A DNA stretch of 64,000 nucleotides from Deltaproteobacteria bacterium (GTDB taxonomy: Bacteria; Myxococcota; Kuafuiibacteriia; Kuafuiibacteriales; Kuafuiibacteriaceae). The translations under genes were made by a program, and so were the position numbers. Every line of letters starts with the position of its first letter. Positions within the stretch are counted from its first letter, which is position 1. Under the pieces are notes generated by a model, which saw only the letters and a program-made list of their open reading frames with translations, had not been told where the DNA came from and did no database searches. The stretch covers positions 32,001 to 96,000 of the forward strand of contig JAVJQW010000049.1 of assembly GCA_040218735.1 (NCBI GenBank). The letters are read 5' to 3'. This document shows positions 1 through 11,410 of this stretch, piece by piece.

Positions 1-1
1 G

Positions 2-694
2 CAGATGACGATGGCGCGTGTCGTAAACGGCAACCGTCGCGATGGTCCGTCGGTGACCGATCAACACGCAATCATCATCGAGGTCATCGCGGCGCAGAGT
101 GGGTATGCGGCGGCGAGGGGTGGCCCCGGAAACCCGAAGACGATCTCATCGGTCCAACTCATGGGCGACTGGGCGACGCTCGATGGTGACTACCTGTCGA
201 AGATCGTCGCGCACGAGCTCTTCCACACGGTTAACGTCTACCACCACGGCGAGACCGACGAAGAGGTGACCTGGCGCGACGCGATGGGGGTCCTGGTCGA
301 GCGACGCCGAGGAGGCCCCGCCGCGGGCGCTGCGATCCGGGTGCTCGGCGAAAACGGCGTCGACGCCACGCGACTCATGCTCGCTCGTTTGCAGCGCATG
401 CCGGGCCTCGCCGAGGACTTCTGGCTCGGCGTCACCGGTGGCCAGCAGTCCGGCCACCACGACTGCGTGATGCGCTACAACAACGCCGAGACGTACGTCA
501 GCATGGCCAGCGCGAGCGATCGCTACCTGATCACCCAGCCGATGGGGTCGGGGTTGTGCATGTCACCCGACGGTACGGGGCCCAACGCGCCCGCGCACCG
601 TCCGCAGTCGCGCTTCGGCGCGGCGAGCGCGGGACGCGGGAGCTGTCGTGCCCAGCTCTTGGTGACGGACGCGGTCGCGGCGCCGGGGCGCTGA
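2..694 (+). CDS. 5'-truncated zinc metalloprotease-like (zincin) protein, C-terminal part
   Basis: Frame is open from the window edge; HELFHTVNVYH resembles HExxHxxGxxH; downstream CVMRY could be a Met-turn. Confidence 0.55.
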   Translation, partial: QMTMARVVNGNRRDGPSVTDQHAIIIEVIAAQSGYAAARGGPGNPKTISSVQLMGDWATLDGDYLSKIVAHELFHTVNVYHHGETDEEVTWRDAMGVLVERRRGGPAAGAAIRVLGENGVDATRLMLARLQRMPGLAEDFWLGVTGGQQSGHHDCVMRYNNAETYVSMASASDRYLITQPMGSGLCMSPDGTGPNAPAHRPQSRFGAASAGRGSCRAQLLVTDAVAAPGR

Positions 695-695
695 G

Positions 696-1429
696 CTAGA
701 GCCGCTCGATCGCGGGCCGGTACTTCTCTTTCGCGCCGCCGATCACCCGGACGCCGTGCACCGGGAGCACGTGGTCGAACTCGAGGTCGAGGAGCGCGCG
801 GACGTCGCCCTTGTTCGGCTTGGCGCCCTTGAGCCAGCCGGGGCCCACGTTGTGGGGTTTGATGAACCCCATGAAGCGCATGACGAGCGCGCCGAGCGTC
901 GAGAAGTAGCGATCGGTGACGCCGTAGTTCTGCAGGCAGTCGCCCGACACCAGCAGGCCGTCGTGGCGGTCGACGTAGATCATCCCCTCCGGCACCAGGC
1001 CGCGGAGGACGATCAGGCGGGCGTCGTCGATCGGGAGCTCGGTGTCGGGGGTCATCCAGACGTCCGGCTGCAGGTAGCCGTCCTCGGGGCGCACGTTCGC
1101 GTTCGTGAAGCCCTTCGCGTAGGCCTGGCCTTCGACCGCCCAGAGCTTCGCGCCGTAGCGGTCGCGGTAGAAGGCGTCGTCCAGCCCGTGGAAGCCGGCG
1201 ATGCGCACGACGTGGTCGACCTTGCCGAGTCGGTCGAGCTCCTCGAGGCCGACGTCGTTCAGGCGCATCGAGTTGACGATCGTCAGCGACCTTCCGCGGC
1301 GGAAGATCGTCATGTTGCGACTGAACCGAATGGCGACGGGCCCGCCCATCGCCGCCGTGCCCGTGACGAAGAAGACGCCGTCGAGCACCTCCTCGACCGG
1401 GCCGTGGGGCAGGGCGGGGGGAAAGCGCA

Positions 1430-1430
<1 letters not shown>
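696..1430 (-). CDS. Metallo-beta-lactamase-fold hypothetical protein (DUF4336-like)
   Basis: RNMTI..., GFHGLDD, LVSGDCL and LPVHG motifs; ATG abuts the gltA stop. Confidence 0.6.
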
Positions 1431-2758
<1,328 letters not shown>

Positions 2759-2813
2759 CGCTCGTTCCCTTGCCGCGGCGGGTCTATTCCGTAGTACGTT
2801 GCCTGGCAAGCCC

Positions 2814-3740
2814 GTGCGGTTCAGAGCGCCCGCCAACGTCCTCCTCCGGCGCGCACAGCTGACGCTGATGCTCGCAACGCTCGTCCCCACCGTCCTGATG
2901 ACGGCCCTGGGGATCGTGATGCTCGCGGTCGGGCAGGGCACCGCCAACGTGGTCATCGGGGTGCTGTTCCTGGCGTTCTGTACGACCTCCCTGACCGGCT
3001 ACATCCTCGGCTCCATCTTCGTGTCGCGCGGCGCGTCCCTCGCACGCGTCCAAAACGACTTCGTCTCGTCCGTTTCCCACGAGCTGAGGACGCCGCTGAC
3101 CTCCATCCGGATGTTCATCGAGACGCTCCGCGACGAGCGCCTCACGGATCCGGTCGAGCGGGAGAAGTGCCTCGGGTTGCTGCAGCGGGAGGTCGAGCGC
3201 CTGGACGGGCTCGTCAGCCGGGTGATCGAGCTGTCCCGCATCGAAAGCCGCGGCAAAGCCTTTCAGAAGGATCCCCTACGCCTCCTCGACGTGGTGAAGG
3301 ACGCCATCGCCGCCTTCGACGCGGCGACGCTCAACGATCCGGTGGAGGTCGGGCTCCAGGTCGACGACCGCCTCCACGTCACGGGCGACCGCGACACCCT
3401 CGCGCTCGCCGTGACGAACCTCCTGCTGAACGCGCACAAGTACACGTCGTCGGCGGATCGGGAGATCTCCGTGGTCGTGGAGGCGGTGACGAAGACGGAG
3501 GTGGAGATCCGCGTGAAGGACAACGGGTCGGGGATACCGCGGGCCGAGCAGAAGTTGATCTTCGAGCAGTTCGAGCGCGGTCAGCAGGCGATCGACGCAC
3601 GCACCACCGGCAGCGGGCTCGGGCTCGCGATCGTGAAGGCAATCGTGAGCGCACACCGCGGGCGTATCGAGGTACGCTCCAAGGAAGGCGAGGGTGCGGA
3701 GTTCTGCATCCGTCTCAAGCGGCGTGTGCTCCCGGCCTGA
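2814..3740 (+). CDS. Membrane sensor histidine kinase (HisKA + HATPase_c)
   Basis: Two TM helices; H-box VSHELRTPL; N-box NLLLNA; DNGSGI and GSGLGLAI; start uncertain (TTG 2799 or GTG 2814). Confidence 0.93.
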   Translation: MRFRAPANVLLRRAQLTLMLATLVPTVLMTALGIVMLAVGQGTANVVIGVLFLAFCTTSLTGYILGSIFVSRGASLARVQNDFVSSVSHELRTPLTSIRMFIETLRDERLTDPVEREKCLGLLQREVERLDGLVSRVIELSRIESRGKAFQKDPLRLLDVVKDAIAAFDAATLNDPVEVGLQVDDRLHVTGDRDTLALAVTNLLLNAHKYTSSADREISVVVEAVTKTEVEIRVKDNGSGIPRAEQKLIFEQFERGQQAIDARTTGSGLGLAIVKAIVSAHRGRIEVRSKEGEGAEFCIRLKRRVLPA

Positions 3741-3746
3741 CACGAG

Positions 3747-4466
3747 ATGACGGACGAAGTGCGGATCCTCATCGTCGAGGACGACGACGCGATCGCGACC
3801 GGCATCGCGCTGAACCTGAAGCTGGAGGGCTACGTCGCGGTGCACGCGCAGGACGGCGAGGTTGCGAGTGAGCACCTCGACGACCACGACTTTTCGTTGG
3901 TGCTGCTCGACATCATGATGCCGAAGAAGACCGGCCTCGACGTGTTGCGCGAGATGCGTGAGCGGCACGACGTCACGCCGGTGATCGTGCTGTCCGCGCG
4001 CGAGCACGAGTACGACAAGGTCGCGGCGCTCCGCCTCGGCGCGGACGACTACGTGACCAAGCCGTTCAAGCTCGCGGAGCTGCTCGCGCGCGTGCACGCG
4101 GTGTTACGTCGCGCGCAGCTCACCAAGGGGCAGAACAGCGGGCGCATCGTTCGGTTCGCGGACGTCGCGATCGACCTCGACCAGCGCGTCGCGTCCAAGG
4201 GCGACGAGCCGGTGCGTTTGACCAACCTCGAGTTCGAGTTGCTCCGGTTCTTCGTGACGAACCCGCACCGGGTGATCGGGCGCGGTGAGCTGCTCACCAA
4301 GGTGTGGGGTCAGGCGCACGGAGGGAGTCGGCGCACCGTCGACAACTTCGTCGCGCAGCTGAGGAGCAAGTTGGAGGCGGACGCGGAGGCGCCGCAGCAC
4401 TTCGTGACCGTGCGCGGCGCGGGGTACCGGTTCGAGCCGTCGTCGTCAGCCGGTCCGGCGGAGTAG
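3747..4466 (+). CDS. OmpR/PhoB-family response regulator
   Basis: LIVEDD, LLDIMMP, GADDYVTKPF and winged-helix TVRGAGYRF. Confidence 0.95.
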   Translation: MTDEVRILIVEDDDAIATGIALNLKLEGYVAVHAQDGEVASEHLDDHDFSLVLLDIMMPKKTGLDVLREMRERHDVTPVIVLSAREHEYDKVAALRLGADDYVTKPFKLAELLARVHAVLRRAQLTKGQNSGRIVRFADVAIDLDQRVASKGDEPVRLTNLEFELLRFFVTNPHRVIGRGELLTKVWGQAHGGSRRTVDNFVAQLRSKLEADAEAPQHFVTVRGAGYRFEPSSSAGPAE

Positions 4467-5831
4467 GTCGCCGTCGGCGCGCTCGTCGCGGAGGAACTGT
4501 TCCCAGGTCTCGACCGTCTTGCGGAGCTCCTCGAAGAAGGGGTTCAGCTCCAGCGCGCGGCGGCCGTGTTCGATGGCGGCGATGACGTCCTGCACCTGAC
4601 GGGCGGCGAACGCCTGGCGGGTGAGGAGCGCGGCCTGGTCGACGCGGTCGGGGCACACGCGGTTCCACGCACGGCGGAGCGTCGACAGCGACACGCCGGA
4701 TTCGTCCTTCGCGCGGGCGATGCGCTCGAGCGCGCGGACGTGGCCGGAGCGGAAGTCGTACTCGAGGCGCGACAGGTCGGACCCGAGGACGCGGCGGATG
4801 CGCGACAGTACCGTCGTCGCGGCGCGGACACGCGCGGACTGGGGCGGCGGGAGCGTGTGCGCGGCGCGCTCGAAGCGGTCGAACAGGATCGAGATGCGCT
4901 CGGAGATCTGGTCGGTGGTCGCGGTCGGGTAGAGATCGAGCGCGGCGTACAGCGCGTCGTGCTCGGCGTGGCGGAGGACGCGCTTCACTTCTTCGAAGAC
5001 GTTCTCGAGGTCGTCGTCGTCGTCGACCTGGGCGGCCTTCTCGAGGTCGCCGTCGAGGGCGTTGGCGATGCCGTCGACGTAGTCGCGGATCGCGGCCTTC
5101 TTCTGCTCGTTGAGGTCGGTGAACGCGAGGCCCGCGCCGGGCGCGATGCCGTACGTCTTGGCGCGGTCGGGCGGGACGACGTGGACGACGGTCGCGTTGA
5201 AGTCGAGCTTGCCGCCCGGGGTCTTGAGGTGGACGACGAGGGAGGTCCCGGGCGGGGGCGCCTCGTCCATCTCGACGAACAGGCCGCCCTTGGAGATGTC
5301 GCGCTGCCACAGCTCGCGGAGCTCGTCGCGCCCGGAGAGCTGAAGCTCCACGCGGCGGTTGTCGAGGATGCGGCGCGCGCGGCGGCTCGCCTCCGGCTGC
5401 TTCGGCGTCGGGGCGCCGATGCGGAGGTCGTCGGTGCGGACCTGCGCCGTGAGGTCGAGGACCGCGGTGATCTCTTTGACGATGTCGTTGTCGAACGCTT
5501 CGTGGGTCGCCTCGACCTCACGCAGATCCGGGCCGTCCTCCGCGGGGACGATCAGGGCGGTCTCGCCGATGAGGATGCTCTCGCCGCGCTCGAGGCGCTT
5601 CTTGCCGGACAGGCGCGCGTTGCCCTGCCAGCTCCCGTTGCGGCTCCCGGCGTCCTCGTACCAGACCGCGCCGTCCTCCACCCACACCGCGCCGTGCCGG
5701 CGCGAGATGCGGGGATCCCAGGTCAGCTCGACGTCGAGATCCGGGCCGCGGCGTCCGATGAACGCCTTCGACGACTTCTCGAGCGGAAATGAGAACTCCC
5801 CAATCGCGGGGTGCATGAGCGTGATCTTCAA
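4446..5831 (-). CDS. FHA + PilZ-like + J-like/TPR multidomain signalling protein
   Basis: FHA motifs IGRR...ISRRH...DAGSRNGS; PilZ-like DISKGGLFV...GAGLAF; J-like LYAALDLYPTAT; C-terminal TPR (RALELNP); TTG start with GGGAG RBS. Confidence 0.8.
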   Translation of the reverse strand: MKITLMHPAIGEFSFPLEKSSKAFIGRRGPDLDVELTWDPRISRRHGAVWVEDGAVWYEDAGSRNGSWQGNARLSGKKRLERGESILIGETALIVPAEDGPDLREVEATHEAFDNDIVKEITAVLDLTAQVRTDDLRIGAPTPKQPEASRRARRILDNRRVELQLSGRDELRELWQRDISKGGLFVEMDEAPPPGTSLVVHLKTPGGKLDFNATVVHVVPPDRAKTYGIAPGAGLAFTDLNEQKKAAIRDYVDGIANALDGDLEKAAQVDDDDDLENVFEEVKRVLRHAEHDALYAALDLYPTATTDQISERISILFDRFERAAHTLPPPQSARVRAATTVLSRIRRVLGSDLSRLEYDFRSGHVRALERIARAKDESGVSLSTLRRAWNRVCPDRVDQAALLTRQAFAARQVQDVIAAIEHGRRALELNPFFEELRKTVETWEQFLRDERADGDLLRRTG

Positions 5832-5967
5832 CTCGCGGACTCCCTTTGATCCTCGTATTCGGGAGACGAGACGAATTCAGTAGTTGTTTCTCATTGAGAC
5901 GAGAAAAAACGCACTGCGAGGGCTGCAGATCGATGCAGAGGGGGTGTTCTGAAAGCGGGACGCCGTA

Positions 5968-6720
5968 TCAACCGGCGGAGTGGAGGACGCCGGCGTCGAT
6001 GCCGCGCCAGCGGTAGTCGGCGCCGCCTATGTCGACGCACACCCACAGCGTCCCCGTGGTCTGCACGTGCACGCTGCCGGCGTGGTCGATGTGGCAGTCC
6101 CCGGCCGCCGGCTCCTCGGCGCCGCCCGGGACGATCAGCAGACGCCCCGCCGTGACCTCCTGCGCCCGCACCCTCCCGTCGACCTCCAGCGCGTGGCGCT
6201 GACCCGGCGTCGCGCCGATGAAGTCGCCGATCGCCACGTGCCCCGCCTCGTCGATTCGCAGCTTCTCCCCTGCGTTCGATCCCCCGAACGTCCCGAGCCG
6301 GAGCTCCTTCGAGCTCCCGTCCGCGTAGAGGTTCCACTCCTCGCCCCCCGCCTCCGAGCGGGTGTCGAGCATGATCCGCGCGGTCCCCCCGGCGCGCTCC
6401 GCCACCACCCGAACCGCCGGGACGTTCGCGCCGCTCGCGCCCCCCGACGCGCCGTCGCTCGTCCCGATCGCCAACCGCGCCCCGGCCGCCGGACGGCCGA
6501 CCCCGACGTTGCCATTCATGTCCACGGACATCGCGAGCTCGAACGCGGCGAGCCGCCGGTCGAGATCGTCGAACAGCGCATTCACCTCCGCCGCCACGAT
6601 CCGCGAGCCCGCCTGGAACGGGAAGAACGCCTCCAACGTTTCGTCGAACGCGTACGCCGTCACCGACCCCACCCCGCACATCAGCCACGCCACGTGGACC
6701 ATCACCTGTCGAACCTTCAT
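5968..6720 (-). CDS. Secreted protein with GNVGVG-type beta-repeat (fibre/adhesin-like)
   Basis: Signal peptide ending AYA; FQAGSRIVAAEVNALF; GNVGVG and GHVAIG repeats; LEVDGRV. Confidence 0.55.
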   Translation of the reverse strand: MKVRQVMVHVAWLMCGVGSVTAYAFDETLEAFFPFQAGSRIVAAEVNALFDDLDRRLAAFELAMSVDMNGNVGVGRPAAGARLAIGTSDGASGGASGANVPAVRVVAERAGGTARIMLDTRSEAGGEEWNLYADGSSKELRLGTFGGSNAGEKLRIDEAGHVAIGDFIGATPGQRHALEVDGRVRAQEVTAGRLLIVPGGAEEPAAGDCHIDHAGSVHVQTTGTLWVCVDIGGADYRWRGIDAGVLHSAG

Positions 6721-6732
6721 CTTTCGCTCCCT

Positions 6733-6927
6733 TCACTGCCAGCTCGACGCATCCCAACGCGCGTCGTCGTCGTCCCAGCGCGCGCTGACCGTCGCGGTGG
6801 TCGTCATCCGGGGCCCGCCGCCGGGCGCCTCGTCATCGATGTCGACGAGGCCCGAGACCTCCGCCGAAAAACACCCCGCGCCGCTCATCAGCAGCAGCGC
6901 GATCGCCATCCATCGTCTCCAGCTCAT
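6733..6927 (-). CDS. Small lipoprotein
   Basis: Lipobox-like GAGC after a hydrophobic stretch; in operon between neighbours. Confidence 0.5.
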   Translation of the reverse strand: MSWRRWMAIALLLMSGAGCFSAEVSGLVDIDDEAPGGGPRMTTTATVSARWDDDDARWDASSWQ

Positions 6928-6931
6928 CGTT

Positions 6932-7642
6932 TCAGTCCTCGTCCGCCACGAGCCGGCCGATCAGCCAGCCGGTCGCGCCGATCAAGATGGCCCCGCCCGC
7001 GAACATCGCGACGTCCGCACCTGCGGCGCGTGCGCCGAGGCCGCGAGCCATCGGGTTCGTTCGTGCCGTCGAGACGGTCGTCGCGCCGAGCACGAGCCCC
7101 GCGCCCAACACCGCCGCGCCGACGCCGCCCAGCACGACGGGCCCCGTCAGCGAAGGCGCCGGCTTGTGACCGACAAGATCCAGCACCGCCGTTCGCAGCG
7201 CGAGCGGGAGCTGCGCCTCGTCGTCGGTGCGCGCTTCGCTACGCCGCGTCGTGCGCTCGTCGCTCGTGTCGACGACCTTCACCGTGCACACGTACGCGCG
7301 ACCGAGCCGGTGCACCTCGGCGCCCGCGATGCGCCCGAAGTCCATCTTCCGCGCCGCGAGGATCGCGCAGCGCTGGGAGTCGTCGGCGCAGCCGAGCGCG
7401 GACTTCACGCGCTCGAACTCGACCTGCAGCTCGAGGTCCGCCAGCGACACCACACGATCGGGCGTCGACTCGGCGAACGCCTGCGTGAGGACGTCGCGGA
7501 GGAGCGCGGCCTGCGTCGGCTGGTCGGAGCGCTGCACCTGCAGCACGAGGAGCGGCTCCGCCTGCGCGACAGAGGCCGACAAGACGAGCGTCATGACCGA
7601 GGCGGCGATGTACCGGGCGAGGAGGGGCGTCGCAGCAGGCAT
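6932..7642 (-). CDS. Exported protein with C-terminal TM helices (TolB-N/DUF2380-like N domain)
   Basis: Signal peptide AQA; LGCADDSQRCA motif typical of myxobacterial exported proteins; two hydrophobic C-terminal segments. Confidence 0.6.
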   Translation of the reverse strand: MPAATPLLARYIAASVMTLVLSASVAQAEPLLVLQVQRSDQPTQAALLRDVLTQAFAESTPDRVVSLADLELQVEFERVKSALGCADDSQRCAILAARKMDFGRIAGAEVHRLGRAYVCTVKVVDTSDERTTRRSEARTDDEAQLPLALRTAVLDLVGHKPAPSLTGPVVLGGVGAAVLGAGLVLGATTVSTARTNPMARGLGARAAGADVAMFAGGAILIGATGWLIGRLVADED

Positions 7643-7689
7643 GTACCGGCGCCGTGCGGTGCGCCGCGCGCTTCGATCACTGCTTGACG

Positions 7690-7736
7690 AAGAAAGGGGC
7701 CCCCGGGCGCGAAAGGGAGGTGCGCCCGGGGGCCCC
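7690..7736 (-). terminator. Rho-independent terminator
   Basis: Perfect 15-bp stem GGGGCCCCCGGGCGC (7696-7710 / 7722-7736) followed by TTTCTT on the minus strand, just after the stop at 7761. Confidence 0.8.
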
Positions 7737-7760
7737 GTCGTAGCCCGGGGGGAGGCGGGC

Positions 7761-10511
7761 TCAGGGGGTCGGGCAGAGGACCGTGCCGTTGTCGATGGCG
7801 AACGGGGCCGTGGCCTCGTCGATCGACAGGAGGAACGCCTTCAGCGCGTCCCGCTCGGCAGCGGTCGGCGCGAAGTTCGGGTTCCCTGCCGTGGTGTGCG
7901 CCGCGAAGCGCGCGTCCAGCAGGTCGTCCAAGTCCGTCGCTCCACCGTGGTGCAGGTACGGCGCGCCCGTCGACAGACCGAGCAGTGACGGCGGGTTGAA
8001 CCCGTTGCGTCCCTGCGCCGGCGTCCCGTTGACGCGGACCTCGTCGGCGCCGCCCTCGACGCCGAACGTTTGCACGTTCCGGATGTTGCACGCCTGGCGC
8101 TTGAGCGCCGGGGCGCCGCCGTCCGAGTCGTCGCCGGCCACGAGGGTCGCGTCGACGTTCACGTCCAGCGGGAGCCCGACCAGCGCGCTCGGATCCATCG
8201 CGGTCTGGAACGCGGCGTCGGCCTCGAACGTCCGGCCGGGGAGGGCGCCTTCGAACGCCTCCGGCGTGTAGAACGTGCGGCTCACGGTCCACTTCGCGCC
8301 CGCGTGGCACTTGTTGCACCCGGCGTCCGCGAACACCGCGCGGCCCTGGTCGATCTGCGCCTGCGCGGCCGGCTTTGCGTTCGGGCTGCGCACCGTCTGG
8401 ATGTAGCGGTCGATCAGATCCCAGTCGACGCAGGTGCCCTCGTTCGAGCACACGCCACGCTCCCGCGCCACGAACGTCAACGAGCCGTTGAGCGCCTGGT
8501 GGTTCTCGACGGTCTGGCCGTCCTCCATCGTGAGCGACGCGAAGGGCGGGCCCGCCGGCGACGCCACCGGACCTTCGCCGTTGCGAATCGCGCCCGAGCC
8601 GCCGGAGACGCCGCGCGTGTTGAGCTCGAAGTCGGTGGTCTCGTCGAAGATCGCCGTCCAGTTCAGCGCGCGCATGTCGCTCGGGTCGTCGGACGCGTAC
8701 TGGCCGTCGAGGCTGATCGACTGGCGCGGACCGGCCGCGAAGCTCCAGGTGATGTTGTCCGTCAGGCCCATCGGGTGGCAGCCCTGGCACGAGCCCCAGC
8801 CTTCACGCGACCAGATGCCCGTGCCGGTGTTGAAGAAGCGCTTGCCGCGCCACACGGTGTGCTCGTCGGAGCCGGGCGTCGGCGTCGCGGTCGACTCCAC
8901 GGTGTTCACCGTGGCCTGGTCGCGGAACGAAACCACCGACAGGTCGCGGCTGATGAGGTTCGCGGTGTACGCGCCGGCGCCGGTCGTGCCGTGGCGCACC
9001 ACGAGGCCCTGCGGGTTCTGGCCGACGACGATGTTCAGCGCGGTCGCCGCGCCGATCTCCACCGTGCCGTCCTCGTTGAAGACGACGCGCACCATGATGT
9101 CGCTGCCCGCGGCGGTCACGTAGCCGATCGCGAGGTCGTCGCGGTTCACGAACGCGATGCCGTTCGGCACCGACAGGAAGCGCCGCCCGACGGTCTCGTC
9201 GCCGTCGTTGTCGACCTGGTCCTTCACGAGGCTGTTGAGGTTCGTGGACTGACCCGCGACCTCGGCTTCCGCGTCGACGTCGATGACCGACACGACCGCC
9301 TGCACGTTGTGGTTGAACTGCACCGGGCCGGCCGGCGACGCGGCGACGCTCGTGACGTAGGCCCACGTCCGGTCGAACGCCCGGTGGATGGTGATGCTGT
9401 TGAGCTGGTTCGGGAAGCAGCCGGTGGTGACGGCTTCGCCGTTGATCGGCGCGGTGAAGCAGTCGGCGATCGGCGCGAGGACGATCTGGCTCTTCTCGGT
9501 GTTCGCACCGACCTCGATGACGTGGACGATGCCCTGTGCGCCGTCGTCGGTGGCCTCGTCGGTCACACCCGCGCGGCGCTCGGCGTAGAACTGCGTGACG
9601 AGCGCCTTCTCGTCCTCGTCCTCGTCGTCCCCGTCGTTGGTGATAGCGATGGCGTACGGGTTGCGTCCGAGCTCGATGGTGCGGAGCGTCTGCATGGTCT
9701 CCGTGTTCACCACGGTCACGGTGCCGGAGACCCAGTTGGTCACCCACAACGTGCGGCCGGAGGGCGTGAGCGCGAGGCCGATCGGCTCGCCGCCGAGCTC
9801 GAGCTCCGCGTCACGCGTGGCGCCGGCGGTGCCGATGTCGATGATGCGTGCAACCGAGCCTGCGGCGCGGTTGGCGACGAACGCGGTCGTGCCGTTCGGG
9901 TGGATGACGACGGACATCGGCTCGGCGTTCGCGGTGGCGCTCGATTCGACGCGCGCGATCCGAGATTCCTGCTCCGGCGTAGCGTTGAAGAAGGACACGG
10001 AGCCGCCGTCGGTGTTGACCATCGCGACCACGGAGTCGTCGTTGTTGATGTCGACCGGCGTGGAGCGGCTCGGGCGCGCGAGGCGGTCCGTGGGGGGCGG
10101 CGGGGGCGCGGTTTCGCATGCGCAACCCGCGTTGCAGACGAAGCCCTCGTCGCAGCCGTCGTTCGGGCCGTTGCCTTCGCAGACGGGGGCGTCGGCCTGG
10201 CAGACCTCTTCGACGCACGCGCAGGACGTGTCGCAGAGGAATCCGTCCGCGCAGCCGCTGTTGGGGCCGTTGCCCGCGCAGACGGGCGCGGTGGAGTCAC
10301 ACACCGGGGCGTCGGCGACGCAGGTGCAGGTGTCGTTGCAGGAGAAGCCGGCGTCGCAGCCGCTGTTCGGGCCGCTTCCGGCGCACACGGGCGCCGTGGC
10401 GTCGCAGGTGGGTTCGGGTTCGGGTTCGGGTTCGGGCTCAGGTTCGGCCGTGGCGTTACACGCGACGAGTGCGAGCAGTAGGAGCGGGGGGAGTCGACGA
10501 ATCAGGTCCAT
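7761..10511 (-). CDS. Lipoprotein with Cys-rich repeats, YVTN beta-propeller and di-haem cytochrome c (peroxidase/MauG-like) domain
   Basis: Lipobox LVAC; (PE)n linker; three Cys-rich repeats; FVANR/WVTNW/YTAN blades; haem motifs CQGCH and CNKCH; PSLLGL..APYLHHG; GAGGAGG RBS before ATG 10511. Confidence 0.85.
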   Translation of the reverse strand: MDLIRRLPPLLLLALVACNATAEPEPEPEPEPEPTCDATAPVCAGSGPNSGCDAGFSCNDTCTCVADAPVCDSTAPVCAGNGPNSGCADGFLCDTSCACVEEVCQADAPVCEGNGPNDGCDEGFVCNAGCACETAPPPPPTDRLARPSRSTPVDINNDDSVVAMVNTDGGSVSFFNATPEQESRIARVESSATANAEPMSVVIHPNGTTAFVANRAAGSVARIIDIGTAGATRDAELELGGEPIGLALTPSGRTLWVTNWVSGTVTVVNTETMQTLRTIELGRNPYAIAITNDGDDEDEDEKALVTQFYAERRAGVTDEATDDGAQGIVHVIEVGANTEKSQIVLAPIADCFTAPINGEAVTTGCFPNQLNSITIHRAFDRTWAYVTSVAASPAGPVQFNHNVQAVVSVIDVDAEAEVAGQSTNLNSLVKDQVDNDGDETVGRRFLSVPNGIAFVNRDDLAIGYVTAAGSDIMVRVVFNEDGTVEIGAATALNIVVGQNPQGLVVRHGTTGAGAYTANLISRDLSVVSFRDQATVNTVESTATPTPGSDEHTVWRGKRFFNTGTGIWSREGWGSCQGCHPMGLTDNITWSFAAGPRQSISLDGQYASDDPSDMRALNWTAIFDETTDFELNTRGVSGGSGAIRNGEGPVASPAGPPFASLTMEDGQTVENHQALNGSLTFVARERGVCSNEGTCVDWDLIDRYIQTVRSPNAKPAAQAQIDQGRAVFADAGCNKCHAGAKWTVSRTFYTPEAFEGALPGRTFEADAAFQTAMDPSALVGLPLDVNVDATLVAGDDSDGGAPALKRQACNIRNVQTFGVEGGADEVRVNGTPAQGRNGFNPPSLLGLSTGAPYLHHGGATDLDDLLDARFAAHTTAGNPNFAPTAAERDALKAFLLSIDEATAPFAIDNGTVLCPTP
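10410..10446. repeat. Hexamer tandem repeat (GGTTCG)n encoding a Pro-Glu linker
   Basis: Seen directly; encodes EPEPEPEPEPEP. Confidence 0.85.
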
Positions 10512-10669
10512 GATGTAAGAGCCTCCTCGGGTGGCCATGGGTTCGATGATCAGTAGTGAGATCCGGGGGCGTTTCGGGTCTCGGGCTTTCGAATGGGAGC
10601 CATAGGCCTCGGCTATGTGGTGCGACGCACATGGACGCGCGCGCCCCGAGCTGCGATGCGAGGCACACC

Positions 10670-11398
10670 GTGAGCTTCGTGCTCGACCCGCCTTTGCACC
10701 TCGATCTGTCGGTGCCCTGTTCGCCCGAGCTCGCGGCCGAGCGGCTCGGTGCGCGGCTCACCGCGGTCGCGACGTTCGTGCCGGAGGGCTCGATCCCGGT
10801 CGACGTCGGCACCGACCACGCGCGGTTGTTGATCGCGTTGGTGCGTTCGGGGCGGTGTCCGACGGGCATCGGCGTGGACGTCGCGGAGGGGCCGTACCGC
10901 CGCGCGAAGCGTGCGGTCGCGGGCGCGGCGATGTCGCATCTGATCGCGGTTCGTCAGGGTGACGGGTTGGCGCCCGTCGATCCGGGGGAGGCGGACGTCG
11001 CGGTCCTCGCGGGCTTCGGCGGGCGCACGGCAAACGCGGTGCTCGCCGCGGCGTCCGATCGGCTCCCGATTCGGCGGTGGGTCGTGCAGGTGAACCGGGA
11101 CGTCCCCGCGGTGCGGCGTTCGTTCGAGGCGCGCGGCCTGGCGATCGTGGACGAAGCGTTGGTGTTCGACGACGGCCGGGTGTTCGTGGTGATGGCCGCG
11201 GAGGCGGGGGAGATGGCGTTGTCGGACGCGGACGCTTGGCTCGGTCCCAGGCTTCGTGCGGAGCGGTCGCCGTTGTTCGTCGCGTGGGTGAGGTCGCGGC
11301 GCGATCACCTTCGGGCGCTCGCGGCGAAGGGGCACCTGTCGGGCAAGTCGCGCGAGGAGCTGTCGATCGTCGAAGCGGAGCTTCCGGGTTCCTGCTAG
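10670..11398 (+). CDS. trmK: tRNA (adenine(22)-N1)-methyltransferase TrmK-like
   Basis: RLTAVATFV...DVGTDHARL...GVDVAEGPY...RQGDGL...LAGFGG; start uncertain. Confidence 0.8.
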   Translation: MSFVLDPPLHLDLSVPCSPELAAERLGARLTAVATFVPEGSIPVDVGTDHARLLIALVRSGRCPTGIGVDVAEGPYRRAKRAVAGAAMSHLIAVRQGDGLAPVDPGEADVAVLAGFGGRTANAVLAAASDRLPIRRWVVQVNRDVPAVRRSFEARGLAIVDEALVFDDGRVFVVMAAEAGEMALSDADAWLGPRLRAERSPLFVAWVRSRRDHLRALAAKGHLSGKSREELSIVEAELPGSC

Positions 11399-11410
11399 GC
11401 TCCGCGCCCA

